From: Selaginella moellendorffii
Lineage: Eukaryota > Plantae > Lycopodiophyta
Assembly: GCF_000143415.4 (NCBI RefSeq)
Contig: NW_003314288.1
Location: forward strand, 146,002 to 210,001
DNA: 64,000 nt
Reading direction: 5' to 3'
Positions 37,933 through 50,962 of the stretch are shown here, piece by piece. The translations under genes and the position numbers were made by a program. Each line of letters begins with the position of its first letter. Position 1 is the first letter of the stretch. The notes under the pieces were generated by a model. The model worked only from the letters and a program-made list of their open reading frames with translations, was not told the origin of the DNA and did no database searches.

Positions 37933-40900
37933 TCAAGAACGAGTGGAACGAGGATGTGAATGAGAACGAAGAGGAGGATGAGATGAGCGGCGAGGGATGG
38001 GAGATGGAGAAAAAGAATAAGGACTGGGACGAGAAGGATAGCAGCGGTGGAAGTCCTGAACAAGGTCAGGAGAATGAAGCAGGTTGTCTGTAGGTTCCCA
38101 AGTGCGTTCCTCAGGTCTGTAACCCTTCCAGTCCACCAGATAGTAGAGTTTAGACCGTGAAATCTTGGAATCAAGGATGTCCTGAACCTCGTACTCAGAC
38201 CCATCCTCGAGCTTCACTGGTGGAGACGGAGGAATGACCCGATTTGGAATAGGACTGGGAATATAAGGCTCAAGGAGAGAGGAGTGAAAACCGGGGTGAA
38301 TTTGATATGAGGAGGGAAGTGCAAGGCGATAAGTGACAGGATTAATGATGGCAGTGATAGGGAAAGGACCAAGGCATTTGAAATCGAGTTTTGGACAGGG
38401 CCTGGTGGTGGAGATATTTCACCTGAGGAGCCAGACTTTATCCCCGATATTGTAAGGGGGACAATCCTGACGATGGACATTGGCAAATGTTTTATGAAAT
38501 TCCTGAGCACGATGGAGGTGGAAGGAGATGGAGTTGTGGATTTCCTGGAGGTTGGAGATAAATGCCTCAGAGCAGGGATTTGAACGAGAGGATTCAGATG
38601 GAGAAGGAAGTGAGAGATTGAATCGGGGATTTCGGCCAGAGTTCGCAAAGAAGGGGGAAACTCGAAGAAAGGAGTGAACAGAGTTGTTATAGGAGAACTC
38701 AGCAAGGGGAAGGATATCGAACCAGTTATCCTGATGATAGTTGATGAAGCACCTCAAGAATTGTTCCAACGTCTGAATCGTTCGCTCGGACTGCCCATCA
38801 GTTTGAGGATGATATGCCGAAGAGAGGTTGGCCTTCACTCCAAGCAGCTGCAAAAACTGTTGCCAGAAATGAGAGATGAACTGAGGCCCCCGATCCGAAA
38901 CCACATCTGTAGGAATCCCATGAAGTCGGAAAATTTCCCTGAATACCAGTTTTGCCATGTCCTCGCCCAAAAACTCCTTGGTACATGGCAAGAAGTGCGC
39001 CATCTTTGTGAAGCGATCCACCACGACTAAAATGCTGTTGAAGCCTCCAGAACTCGGAAGATCACTCAAGAAATCCATGGAGATGGATTCCCAAGGACCT
39101 GAAGGGACCGGAAGGGAACGAAGCAAACCTGAAGGAAGGTGGCGAGGTACCTTATTCCGGGCACAAGTGTCACAGGAGGTAACAAAAGCTTTGATGTAGT
39201 CGTCCATGTGAGGCCACCAAAAGTCCCGTGCAACTAGCTCATAGGTTTTCGCAATGCCGAAGTGACTAGCAGTCGGGCTATCGTGGCACGCCATTAGGAC
39301 CAACCTTCGAGCATCACCTACAGGAACGTAAAGCTGCTCCCCACGGTACAATAAGCCATCTAAGAACTCGAACTCGTCAAATCGCCAGCAGTCGGGAGTC
39401 ACTGGGTGTCCAGCCTGCAGATGGGGGAAAATGTCGCTAGCGAGATCATCGGATTGAAGATCGTTTCTGATTGCATCCATCAAGGAGGAGTCCTGAGGGG
39501 CCAGGGAAATTGCCATAACTTGAAGCCGATCAGGACCGAGGATAACTTGATCCTGTTGATCGAAGGCAGGATTACCAGGCCTGAGATTGAGATAGGAGCG
39601 CCTTGAAAGAGCATCAGGAAGGCCTTGAAACTTTCCAGGTCTGTACTTGATAACAAAGTCAAACCGACTCAGGAATTGTGCCCACCTTGCTTGATGACGG
39701 CTTAAAACTCGGGAAGTGGCAAAGTACTCGAGATTTTTGTGATCCGTCCAGACTGTTGTTTGATGGCTCGCCCCCTCCAAGAAACGGCACCACTCTCCAA
39801 AGGAATCCACGATGGCAAGGAGCTCCTTGTCGTGGATTTCGTAATTGATCTCCGCAGGTTGGAATTTCTGAGAATGGAAAGCGACCGGATGAAGTTCGTG
39901 ATCCGCTCCGAGTTGAGATAGCACAGCACCAATGGCAAAGTCGGAGGCATCAGCCTCGATGAAGAAAGGTTGTGAGGAATCAGCATGGATCAAGATAGGA
40001 GCAGAACTGAAGGCCGCCTTGAGTGTGTCGAAGGTCTGCTGGGCAGCAGCAGACCAAGAGAAGGGAACATCCTTGCGAGTGAGATGTGTGAGAGGAAGGA
40101 CAATGTCAGAGTAGTGATCAATGAATTTGCGGTAGAAGTTGGCGAAGCCAAGGAAAACCTGAACGTCCGACATTGATTGTGGAGGCTCCCATTCAAGAAT
40201 AGTCTTGACTTTGGCAAGATCCATCGTGATACCCTCAGGAGTGACAATGTACCCAAGGAACTCCACAGACTGCTGATCAAAGGAACATTTCTCAAGCTTC
40301 GCGTATAGGCCGTGTTCTCGCAGCTTCGCTAGCACCTTGCGAACATGTTCGTCATGCTCCTCCTGAGTTTTTGAGTAGATGAGGATGTCATTGAGATAGA
40401 CGATCACCATCTGATCAAGAAACTCCCGAAAGACATCGTTCGCCATGTGTTGGAAAACTGCTGGAGCATTTGTCAAGCCAAATGGCATGATAGTGTACTC
40501 GAAGTGGCCATAGCGGGTTCGGAACGCAGTCTTCCATTCATCACCAGGCCGGATCCGGATCAGGTTGTATGCTCCACGGAGGTCAATCTTGGTGAAGAAG
40601 CGGGCACCGCCGAGGCGTTCCAACATGTCCGAGATCAGGGGCAGCGAATAACGGTTTCGAACAGTCACCTTGTTCAAACCTCGGTAGTCGATGACTAGCC
40701 GCAAACTCCCATCCTTCTTCTTGACAAAGAAGACAGGCACTCCAGCCGGGGACTGCGAATGCTGAATGTAGCCCGAGGCAAGGTTCTCATCCACGTACTC
40801 TTTGAGGGCCTTAAGCTCGGACGGGGATAACCCATAGATAGGCCCCCACGGAGGTGACGCTCCTTCCTGTAAATCAATGGGACAATCATAAGGCTGATGA

Positions 40901-41690
40901 ATAGGCAGTACACTAGCTTTTTTCTTGTCAAACACATCCCCAAAATCATGATACTTCTCAAGAAGACTGACAGGAGAAACATGCAAAGCAAAAAGAAAAA
41001 GAGGTTCTTCATGAAGGAGTTCTTTCATAGTGATTGTGGAGATAGGAGGAGGCGTACGACTAAATGGAATGATGAGACAAGAATACGATCCAGTGTAAGA
41101 TGGAAGAGAGGAAAAAGAAGAGGGTGAAAACTTTATAGAGTCAGGAACAGAACCCCGATTTGAGTTTAGGGAACTTTTCCTGATTCGGACTCGATGAACA
41201 GTAGGGGAAGCCGTGGGAGAGATGAGCTATAATTCCTTCCAACAGATCTGAGGCTGATGTAGTTGGAACCAAGGAAGACCAAGCACCACAGAGGAGGACT
41301 TGCTGTTGATGATGTTGAAGGCGATATCGGTGACGGTGGACCCGATGTGTACTCGAACGGGCAACGTTTCCCTAAGTCCAGAAGATGGAGACACAAAATG
41401 CCCACCGATGCCTTCAACCCTCAAATCCCGTATGGTAGGAGAAAGAGGAACGTGATGTCGGGCAGCAAAGTCCGTGTCCATGAAGCAGGAAGTTGCACCC
41501 GAGTCCAGTAATGCCAGAGCCTTGAGTCCTGATTGTCCGGTGAAAGAAAGGAGACATGGATGCAGAAGTTGTGGGAATTGGTGGTGGCTTTGATGAAAGG
41601 TGGTGAGGAGCTTGATAAAGAAGAAAAGTGATTTTTATTCGGGGAGTCCAAACAGACAGCTCCTACTCTGTTTGGACAGGGTCGTTTCCC
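37933..41690 (-). pseudogene. Pol of element C (PR-RT-RH-IN-chromodomain), frameshifted
   Basis: Protease LLDSGA at about 41510; RT YLNDILIYS (YxDD reads YLND); EADASDFAIGAVL; SMDFLSDLP/SDRG/HPQTDGQSER; chromodomain ORF 37933-38217. Confidence 0.9.
41641..41690 (-). promoter_or_regulatory. -1 ribosomal frameshift signal: G GGA AAC plus stem-loop/pseudoknot
   Basis: Slippery GGGAAAC at 41690-41684, 6-nt spacer, perfect 11-bp stem GTCCAAACAGA/TCTGTTTGGAC; loop GGAG can pair with downstream CTCC. Pol is in the -1 frame. Confidence 0.85.
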
Positions 41691-41710
41691 GACTGCAATA
41701 GAGGTGGACT

Positions 41711-42634
41711 TTAAGGCAGAGTGAACTCGAGCAGTCGAGGAGGCTTCTTGGGACATACAACTGCTTTGTGATTAGGATCAGCACAATAGAGGCAAAGATT
41801 ATGAGATATTCGACATTGCTTCTCAGCAGGACTCAACTTCCCTCTAATGAGTCGGGGAGTACCAGAAATATCCATTGGAACCGGAGCAGTAGGTTCAGGA
41901 GTATGCCCCGAAGACTCAAGCTGGGATTCCTGAGTCTGGGACGGAAAAACAGCAGCGCGGCGACTTTCCTGACGACGTTCAAAGAGACGATTGTCACATC
42001 GAACAGCTTTGTTGATGGCATCCGACAGGTCCTTGGGATCCTCCATGGTGAGCAACAAATCCTTGACACCGTTGTTGAGGCCGAAATGAAATTGGTCAAT
42101 CAGGGCCCGCTCATCCCACTGAGTGTCCAAAGCAAGGAGTTGGAACTCTACAGCGTAGATCGAGGCAGGATGAGACCCCTGAGAGAGACGTCTCATCTTT
42201 GTGGTAGCAGCCCGAACCCGATCCGTCTCGCCAAAACATGCTTCGAGCTTCTCTTTGAACAATTGAAGATCCATCAGCTCTGGAACCACGACCCCTTTCA
42301 TGCTCTTCTCCAGAAGAGGAGAAAACCATGACAAAGCTGCACCTTCGAGCAACGTCCCAATCGCGCCGATTTGAGACTCGGGAGTAGGGTACTGCCGATG
42401 TTGAAGTGCGAAGATCAACTCCATCTGGTTCAGGAATCCGCAAAGCTCCGAACGCTTGCCTGAAAATTTCGCCGGGAAGCTCACCTTCAGTTCAGGAACT
42501 TTGCTGGATCCTTGAGCCGAAAGTGAAGCAAGCTCCTGCTGCATGCGAAGAAGGGTCACCTTCAGCTCGGTATTCTCAAACTGGATTTTTGCAAGGACTT
42601 CAGCAAAGAAATCAGGATGGCTTGGAGACTCCAT
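41711..42634 (-). CDS. Gag of element C
   Basis: PAKFSGKR, LEGAALSWF and CCHC CLYCADPNHKAVVC. The stop at 41711 is probably premature; the original stop is about 41663, beyond the slippery site. Confidence 0.88.
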   Translation of the reverse strand: MESPSHPDFFAEVLAKIQFENTELKVTLLRMQQELASLSAQGSSKVPELKVSFPAKFSGKRSELCGFLNQMELIFALQHRQYPTPESQIGAIGTLLEGAALSWFSPLLEKSMKGVVVPELMDLQLFKEKLEACFGETDRVRAATTKMRRLSQGSHPASIYAVEFQLLALDTQWDERALIDQFHFGLNNGVKDLLLTMEDPKDLSDAINKAVRCDNRLFERRQESRRAAVFPSQTQESQLESSGHTPEPTAPVPMDISGTPRLIRGKLSPAEKQCRISHNLCLYCADPNHKAVVCPKKPPRLLEFTLP

Positions 42635-45600
42635 TGGCAAGAAGAAAGGAAAAAGGGGGAAAAAAAGGCAAAGTTTATCAAACAATCAAAACGAGCTAAA
42701 TCAAAAAATGAAAAAAAAAAAATCTGAATCAAACTGTCAAGACCCTTAACAAGATCAAGATTGGAAAATGCAAAAAGACAAAGAGAAAAGCTAGTGGAAA
42801 CAAAGAAGAGGCCTTAGACTGGCGTTGATTCAGATTGTGGAGAAATGGAACAAGGCTAACCTATATATACTATAGGTTGATGAAGCTCCACCACTCTTGG
42901 ATCGAGGACGGCCTAAATATAGCTGAGGTCGAGGAGGCGCCACATCATCATCAGGAATGTGGCTCGAGACTCAGGAATCGGGAAGTGTCTCGAGAGTCAG
43001 GAATAGGAAAGTGTCTCGAGAGTCAGGAATAGGGAAGTGTCTCGAGAGTCAGGAATGTGGTCTGCAGGTCAAGAATCCGGCGAGAGTCAGGAATGTGGCA
43101 AGAATTGGGGGATTCCTGACACATGCTAGCTAATGGAGTACCCATATCCTCATGTTAGACCACCGGTAGCACCAGACTCCGTTTGGCTCCATTTTGCGTG
43201 CTGGTCCTGGCATTGGGATCTTGGTTACTCTAGGACTATTCCAAGTCACTCCGGGCTCCTGTCCCTTCACTCCTTGGGCTGTAGGCTCAGGAATTGCTCC
43301 ATGGTTCAGTTCCGTCACTCCTTGGCTCCATGCTTGGGAGTTTGGCACCGTTCCTTTGTTTAGTGGCCCAAGGCCTTGAAACTTGAGTTCCACACCATTG
43401 TCTTTTGGACACGTGGCATGTGACACTGGCATCTGTCACGTGGCACAAAGAGGGTTTAGGTTCCGCTTTGTGGTGTTTTCCTATGGTAAATCACCATAGG
43501 ATAAAGGGTCAAAACCACGTGTGCTACATTTGGTATCAGTGGATGAGTCTTAGCGAGTACTATTCAATGAGAATGGGCAACTAGTCTAGTTGCATACGCA
43601 GAGATGAAAACGATTATCCGAATGGGTACACGTTTGGGTGCAAAGGCTTCGCATTCGTTCCTTGGGTATGAAATTTCGTTACCTTTTTGTTCCATACTAT
43701 GTGAGCTTGCTCTTGGGCTCATAGGGTGGACTGAGTTGTTCCAGTTGCACGAGTTTACACTTGGGCTCGTGAGTGAGGCACATTAGCAACTCGAGGATAC
43801 ACTTTGAGTTTGTAGGATTAATGTTAGCCTATCGGTGGTTCCATGAGTTGTTCCATGTACCGTGGGTGAAAACAAACCTCTCTGGGTTTGCTATGAGTGG
43901 CAAATAGGCTGGTCCATAGCTGTTTAGCACAATACTAGTGGATCCTTCCTAGGCATGATTATGAGTGGATCAATCAAGACTGAAGAGATTAGTCTATTGG
44001 TTCAAGTAATCATTGCCGTGCTCTTTCATATACTTTTCTTGGATTGAACTGAAGGCAATGCAAATGCGAGCTTGAGGTTTGATCAAAGTAAAGACCGAAA
44101 AGAGAGTCGTCAGGGATGAAAGATCAAATACGTAAATCATTTTCTCTTCTTGGAGAGATGATTTGCAACGAGGTGATAACTCATTGCTCGTGTTCATATT
44201 ATGCAATCAAGAGTCCCTACCTTGATGCATCTTGGAGATGGTGGTCTTACAAATGGTGAATCATGGGATGGATAATGGTGAAGCACTAAACCATTTTGTC
44301 TAGGCTTGCCATTGGAAGACTTGGGTTACAATGCTTAATTCTTTTCCGAGTATTGCTCCTTTAGTAGCTTGGTGTTCGATTAATTTTGAGTTTAGTCAGA
44401 AAGAGAGTGGCATGAGCTTGTCCATGTTGTGAACAAAAGTTAGTGGTGTTCGGTGTTGTAAATCTTTATCGGTGGAGTGTGGCATTTATGTTGCATTCTA
44501 TCGAATCGAGTTGGCACTTGATAGTCACATAAACCTTTGAAGTAATGACATGGGTGTTGCTCATGGTGTTGCTCAATTGATGACCAAGTCATTGTGATAT
44601 TTATATCATATCCATGTGATAGTGAGCGATATGTTTACGAAGTTGCTTGGGTAAATGATGATCAACCCTAAAGTGGTTGATGGTGAAGCTAATCTACTTA
44701 CAAATAGTAGCATTGTAGTGGCTTTGACTAGATTCTCGATGATAGTCCATTATACTAAGCTTAAGTTGGTACTTTGATTCTTTGAGGGTTTGCCCATAAG
44801 GTGTTGGAAAAGGGTTGTAGCATTCATTTGCTATAGCTCATCTATTGATCTATTAGCACTTGGAGTAGATTGTTGGATGGAGAAAATGTGTAGTTGGGGC
44901 ATTAACATCACTAGCACCTATGTTAGTGGAAGTAGCATTGTTATTTCGAGTGATGAGGAATTCTCCTTAGACCTTGATTTTCCATATCATTTTTCTTGTT
45001 AGTGTTTTGGCTTCACATTGGATCTTGAAGGTGGTTGAAGAAGAGTGTTAGTGCAATGTGGATATCCGAAGATGTGGTCTTCATGATCAAGCCTTGGATG
45101 TTCATTTTGCACTTTGCGGATGTCAATGTTGGATATTGGTTAGATGGGCAAAGATGTTCGATGCTTAAGTATATTGTTGGATCATGAGAATTTGTGTTGA
45201 GGTGAATATATGTGAAGTTGTTAGTAGGAGGAAGTTGGTTGAGTCTTGAAAGTTTGTATTCTTAGACTAAGAGTCATTCTTTCTCTAGGATGGAAAATTT
45301 TCCATAAATTTTCTTAGGCTTTTCCAATGGCTAATCTGTCAATCACTTTGCTCGAAAACCATTCCATTTTCGTAAGCCAGTACAATTTAGTGAAGGGTTT
45401 GGAATTGACTTCGGTTAGCTTAGACCTTTGTAGGTAATTTGTATGATGCGACCTAAAAGGGATGCTGACTTTTGGGGCTAAGGCAATTGGGTTGGATAGA
45501 GTCTGGAGTTGGTGTAGAAAGGTGGCCGTTGCACTTTTCTAAGAAGGGTGACTCTTGTGCCTTTCTTTTGTAGCAATACGTTTGGTGGCAAGTTGCACCT

Positions 45601-48225
45601 TGCATTTTGATTAGACTCTATGAGAGTAATGAGCTCTCACTGATCCTGACTTGGTCTTGGTGGCCCTGCACCTTGGCTAAGGATGGTGATGTCCACCTTA
45701 GTTGTTTGAGTTTGAGATGTTGGTACCCATACTATAACTTTGTCTATGAGGAGGTTGTGTACCGATATGAGTCCATCTTATGGTCTTCACTTTAGTTTCG
45801 ACTAAGTGTTGATCGCATAGCTAGCCTCTTTAAGGCATGCTCAAAGCTATTGACTAAATGCATTAGTCTGGTTATTGCGGTTGAGTTGGACTCGAGTGGT
45901 CATTTGGTTGATGCTTGTCTATGAACTTTTATCTCATACCTAGGGTATCACATTCATATTGGACAAGTATATAATTTGATAACAAGAGTTGGTGTTTGGG
46001 TCTTGTGAAGGCAAGTTGAGGAGTGATTGTTAGTTACTTTGCGACTAGTGATTACTTGTAGACTTAGTCAAGGACTGTTGACACTTGCTTCGCTCGATGA
46101 TGATTTAGCAGTGATGAACTTGCTTTATCAAATGGTGTTGTGGAGGATCGTGTCGTTAGACTTACATGGGTTTTCCATGTTGGCATCGATTCTACTTCTG
46201 TCGATATCATTTGGTGACATTTAGTTTATAGTGTTGGATTTCATTGAATCTTGGATGTGGTGATTCATTCCTTGATTATGTGTTATCTGTAGCTAAGTAT
46301 TGTTGAAGGACTAGTCTTGAATACTAAATATAGTATTTTCGACTTTGGTTAGCTTGGTTGCTGGAGAGCTTTGAGTGGTGATTCACTCTTGCTTTCTTCT
46401 AGTTTTGTTATGGTGTTGATGGCATTGAAGTGATGCTTTGTTGTTGACATTATTGATGTTAAGAATCAAGTGAGATGAGATGTTTCTCCTTAGGATTGAC
46501 ATTGAGTTTCATTATTCTTGATGAAGATCATGTTGATGATTTGGCTATGGCTTTGTGTTATTGGCATTTTTGCATTTGCTAATTAGCAACTGTATTGACG
46601 TTCAAATAAACTAAGTGGCAAGTTGAGTTAGTTGTGTTTTAGATGAGATTGTCTAGTAGGGGTTGAGCTTTAGCTTTTCTTTGAAAAGTGATTTAGTCGT
46701 GGACTGTGCTAACTCTATGAAAGGAAGAGTTAGTGATCGATATTAGAATGTTTGAGTCCTTGTTAGATTTGAGTTCGGGATATATCGATCATTGATGATT
46801 CTCCTTATGCTTGTTACAAAGTGAGTTATGTCTTACTATAGATGGATTCATAAAGGATCGTTTAATAATCACTTGTTGAGCATAGCTCCATTGTGCTTAG
46901 CTTTTGGATTGATGAAGACATGCTCTTCATTAGCTTTCGCATTATGAAATTTAGTTTATAGATATGTTGAGGAGAATATTGTGGGTTGTACCATGATTTC
47001 TTCTTTAGCATTGAAGTTGGGTCATGCAAGACTTATGATCATTGTTAGGCACGACTTAGTTATGGGCTTCTTCAAGCTCTTGGTTCCTTGAGTTTTCATG
47101 CTTATGGTCCATTTGTTAGAAGTTGTTGGGGAAGGCATTTTGGCTCTTAGCTTCAATATTGCATCTAGCAATCATTAGTGATGATTGACTATCATTTAGG
47201 GTAGTTGATTATCCTTATCAAAGGTTTTGTTTGATTATTGTTAATCAAGAATGATTTGCTATTCTTCGGGATGGTAGATTCTTTCTTCAACGATGATTGT
47301 GCATCTTTCTGTTTGATGGGATGATTGATGATCTTTTATAATGGTTAGTTGTTCTCTTTGATGGTTTATGGCTTTTCGCAATACCACATGTTCTTTGTGG
47401 TTTGCTCTGGATTGGTCTCTTCGGTTCGAGACATCAGTAGGATGTAGCTGACACTTGCTAAAAGCAACTTGGGTTCTTTCGTATTGTTGACTGGGATCTA
47501 TTCAGATTGGCTTGTACAATGATTAGCATGACTAAGTGTTTGTTGGTCTTACTACATTCATTTTGTTCTGTTGATTGTTGCTCGAGTTAGTTCTGATAGA
47601 TTAAGATGATACTAGTTTATCAGATGATAATTTACTTGGAATACTTTTGTGTTATAATATAAGATTTATTCACTGATAATTAAATCTCTAAGATATCATT
47701 GTCTCTGACTTTGATATTGTCCATCTATTGATTTTTGAGTTTGGGCCAGTATAGGCAGACTGGCTTTGGCACTTCGTGTGCATGGTGAAATCTTTAGTTA
47801 TGGGGTAGCTACTGTCAATTGATCACATAACCCGCCTCTTTATTGTTCTTCCTTATTCCGTTAAAAGAGCGTGACCGTGTAAACAACTCTAACTACCTAT
47901 TTACAGTAATCTATCTAAACCTTACCGACGGGTTTGGTTTCTTTTCTCAGGAGGGTTGGGGCCTCTAGCTTCTCTCTCTATGTCCTTGCGGGCAGGGGCA
48001 TATCACACTTTTGTAATTGGGTGACACCTAGAGCAGCAAGGGTGGTTGACTCCGTTGGTCATTTCCTTGTCGGGGACGGCCGGAAGGTGTTTGAGTTGGT
48101 AGCGCATCCGCGTTAGACAAAGAGGTTACCCCTTAACTCATTTAAGTTGGTGCATTTCTCACATAGTGTAAATACTGTGAACTTTTTCTGGAGTTGTTTC
48201 CTTAGTAGTATTTTCAACTCGAGTA

Positions 48226-48419
48226 TGTAAGCAACTAAAGAAAACGACTTGAGAGACGATCCACGGGGTTTAAATATAGAGGGACAGGGCCCATGAACAA
48301 GAGTGCACCCCCTTTTCCAATTGGTCAAGGGTCTTGGGATAGTTGAAGTTAAGTGTCCTTGGGTTTGAATAGTAGTAGGCTGGGTGATCTCCCAGGAAGT
48401 CCAAACTCAAGAGCTTATA
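48226..48419 (+). mobile_element. Cassandra-type solo LTR with 5S-rRNA-like internal promoter
   Basis: 194 bp, TSD GAGTA; 5S-like segment at 48348-48402. Confidence 0.85.
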
Positions 48420-48480
48420 GAGTATACATCGACGAGGATGTCGATCTTCCCTAGGGGGGGGAGAGTGTCGCGAATGTGAA

Positions 48481-49139
48481 ATACTCCACCAGCTAACATG
48501 GAATGAAACTTAAGCTTAGACTCAAGCTAGACGTAGAACAAGGACAAGTATGCAAGCAGGAGCTAGAATATGCCTCAGGTTGGTGGGCCATACCTGACCT
48601 ATAGTACTAAGAGTTAGTCTCTAGGATAAGATTAAAACTTAATAAATATAAAATGTCTCTAGATTGTGAATTTGGACAAGGGATAAACACCATTGTATTT
48701 AGGACAATCTCTACATTTTGTAAATATGCCAAATAAGCAAATCTAGACACTTTTCATAAATAATATTTAGGACTGGAATGAGATTAAAACAAAAGGGGCA
48801 TGATAGCGAGGGTGTTTAGCAAATATGGTAAGCTATCATATAGTGAATATTGAAGGACTAATCTCAATATCACAGGGGTTCTTGATACTAACAAGTGTAA
48901 GCCAATGACATAAGTTTCTCAAACTAGGCTGAATATGCTCAACAAAAATTATATAGGGTTCTTACCTTATGTTTATCCAATTTAAGTGTATGATCATTGC
49001 CCAATTTCTCAACTAGCTCAAGTGGGAACTTATAATAGGTCCAGCAATACTGACCTCCTGCCATCATGGCAGTAAGGAAAGAATATCCAAAAGGACATCC
49101 GACAAATAACTTTCAATACCCAAAGTCACATTCACGACA
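48481..49139 (-). repeat. Inverted family-X LTR fragment
   Basis: Similar to about 2995-3110 plus 10750-11272; ends ...CACATTCACGACA. Confidence 0.7.
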
Positions 49140-49275
49140 GGAACCAACATCGTAGGCTAAAGGATCCCTAAAAGCATAATTGAAATGATAAAGAGTTCAT
49201 TGAATGACACCGAGTTCGAGATCGAGTTCGAGATCAACTTTGAGACTGAGTTTGAAACCAAGTCCGAGATCAAGT

Positions 49276-49469
49276 TGTAAGCAACCAAAGAGAACGACTT
49301 GAGAAATGATCTATGGGGTTCAAATATAGAGGGAAAGGGCCCATGAATAAGAGTGCACCCCCTTTTCCAATCAGTTAAGGGTCTTGGGATATTTGGGGTT
49401 AAGTGTCCTTGAGTTTGAATAGTACTAGGATGGGTGACCTCTCAGGAAGTCCAAATTCAGGAGCTTACA
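49276..49469 (+). mobile_element. Cassandra-type solo LTR with 5S-rRNA-like internal promoter
   Basis: 194 bp TG..CA, TSD CAAGT. GTTAAGTGTCCTTGAGTTTGAATAGTACTAGGATGGGTGACCTCTCAGGAAGTCC (49398-49452) resembles the plant 5S A-box/IE/C-box region. Confidence 0.9.
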
Positions 49470-49535
49470 CAAGTTCGAAACTGGTTTTGAGGTTTATGAG
49501 ATCTAGGAACCAGTTTTAAAAGAACTCTCTAATAG

Positions 49536-50159
49536 TGCTTCCAAACTAACGTCCTTCCTCTCATGTGGAATATCCACGAACGAAGGTATCCACCGTGGGA
49601 TTACAGTACGGGTGGATGACTAGTTATCTCACATGGAATAGCTGGTGTATACAATGGAAGGATTGGTAGATTCAGTGCGGAAATGGAGGTGTTGGTTCCC
49701 CTTGGCTCAGTAGGGGTTGTTAGTCAATAGTCAATAAGGACATTGACATCTCTAAAGGGGAGGTGAGGTGCTTCCAAACTAACGTCCTTCCTTTTATGTG
49801 GAGTATCTATGAACAAAGGTATCCACTGTGAGACTACGGTATGGGTGGATGACTAGTTATCTCACATGGAATACCTGGTGTATACAATAGAAGGATTGGT
49901 AGATTCAGTGTGGAAATGGAGGTGTTGATTCCCCTTGGCTCAGTAGGGGTTGTTAGTCAATAATCAATAAGGACATTGACATCTCTAAAGGGGGGGTGAG
50001 TATAGCACATGTGATCATGAGATGAAATTTGGATATACTGTCACTATAGATCTTTAGAACCTTGGGGGATAAATAAGGATAAAATAGCCACTAAGGGCTC
50101 TCTCATCAAGCAATTGCCCCTTTTCCAGGCTTCAGGGGAGAGAGATAAGGTGCGCTACA
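49536..50159 (+). mobile_element. Partial copy of the TRIM family with a ~233-bp tandem duplication of the interior
   Basis: Reverse complement of 32683-33060; interior repeated at about 49536-49768 and 49769-50000, then LTR 50001-50159. Confidence 0.8.
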
Positions 50160-50962
50160 CTGAAACCAAGTAGGACCAAATAGAAGCTGGTCCAATAGGT
50201 GGGAACTTTGGTGAAGGAACTTAACTAAGGCCAAGGATGTAATGGTTAGATAGATGAGATAAATTAGCAAATTGGAAAGGAAAAATTTATGGCTTACACA
50301 AACTCAATGCCATACTAACTAGTGGAGTATTTATATCCTTGCATTAAGCCACTGATTTGCTAAAATGGCACTAAATTCCTTTTGGCTCTATTATGTATGC
50401 TAGTCTTAGCATTGGGATATTGAATACTCTAGGACTATACCTAAATCACTCCATGCACCTATTCCCTCACTTTTTGGCTATACACTTGTGAATTGTTCTG
50501 TGCTCTAAGTCTTTGGCTTCTTGGCTAAAACTTGGGAGTTTAGCTTCATTCCTTCTTTTAGTGGCCCAAGGCTTTAAAACTTGTGTTTCACTCTATGACT
50601 CTATAACACTCTATAACACCAAGGGTTTAAGTTTCATTCCGTGGTTATCCTATAGTAAATCATCATAGGGCAAAAGGTGAAAACCATATATGCTACATTG
50701 AAGTTCCTTACCACTTAACCACCCCTCAATCTACTTAAAGTTCTATTGTGTTGCTTCCACTATGAGCCTGTAAAGTACGCTAAGTTTATTACTCTAAGTC
50801 TATACTTTAAGCTTACCTTTGACCCATATTGACCATGTGGTCAAATCAAAGCTAGTGACTAAAAATTCTTCCCCTCCCCCCCCAACGAAGTCCTTATCCC
50901 GAGGACAAGTTGTATTAGAGATCACTCTTTTTGGGAAAATCTACTTAAACTCTTAGTCCATC

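Larger units (their letters stand above)
37535..43121 (-). mobile_element. Full-length Tcn1/Tf1-sushi-type chromovirus (element C)
   Basis: 387-bp LTRs at 37535-37921 and 42735-43121 (about 7 differences), TSD CATGC, PPT at 37922-37935, no tRNA PBS. The LTRs carry ~26-bp GGGAAGTGTCTCGAGAGTCAGGAAT tandem repeats. Confidence 0.96.
36800..48479 (+). mobile_element. Family-X LARD-like element: 5' LTR 36800-43528 (split by element C), PBS, 4.9-kb non-coding interior, PPT, truncated 3' LTR
   Basis: TGTTGCGAATG at 36800; ...GCTACA at 43528 followed by TTTGGTATCAG; PPT AGGGGGGGGAGAG at 48453-48465; TGTCGCGAATGTGA at 48466, then rearranged. Confidence 0.85.

Noticed and set aside
49398-49452. 5S rRNA gene
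   Set aside because: Only about 55 nt of the internal control region, embedded in a TSD-flanked LTR.
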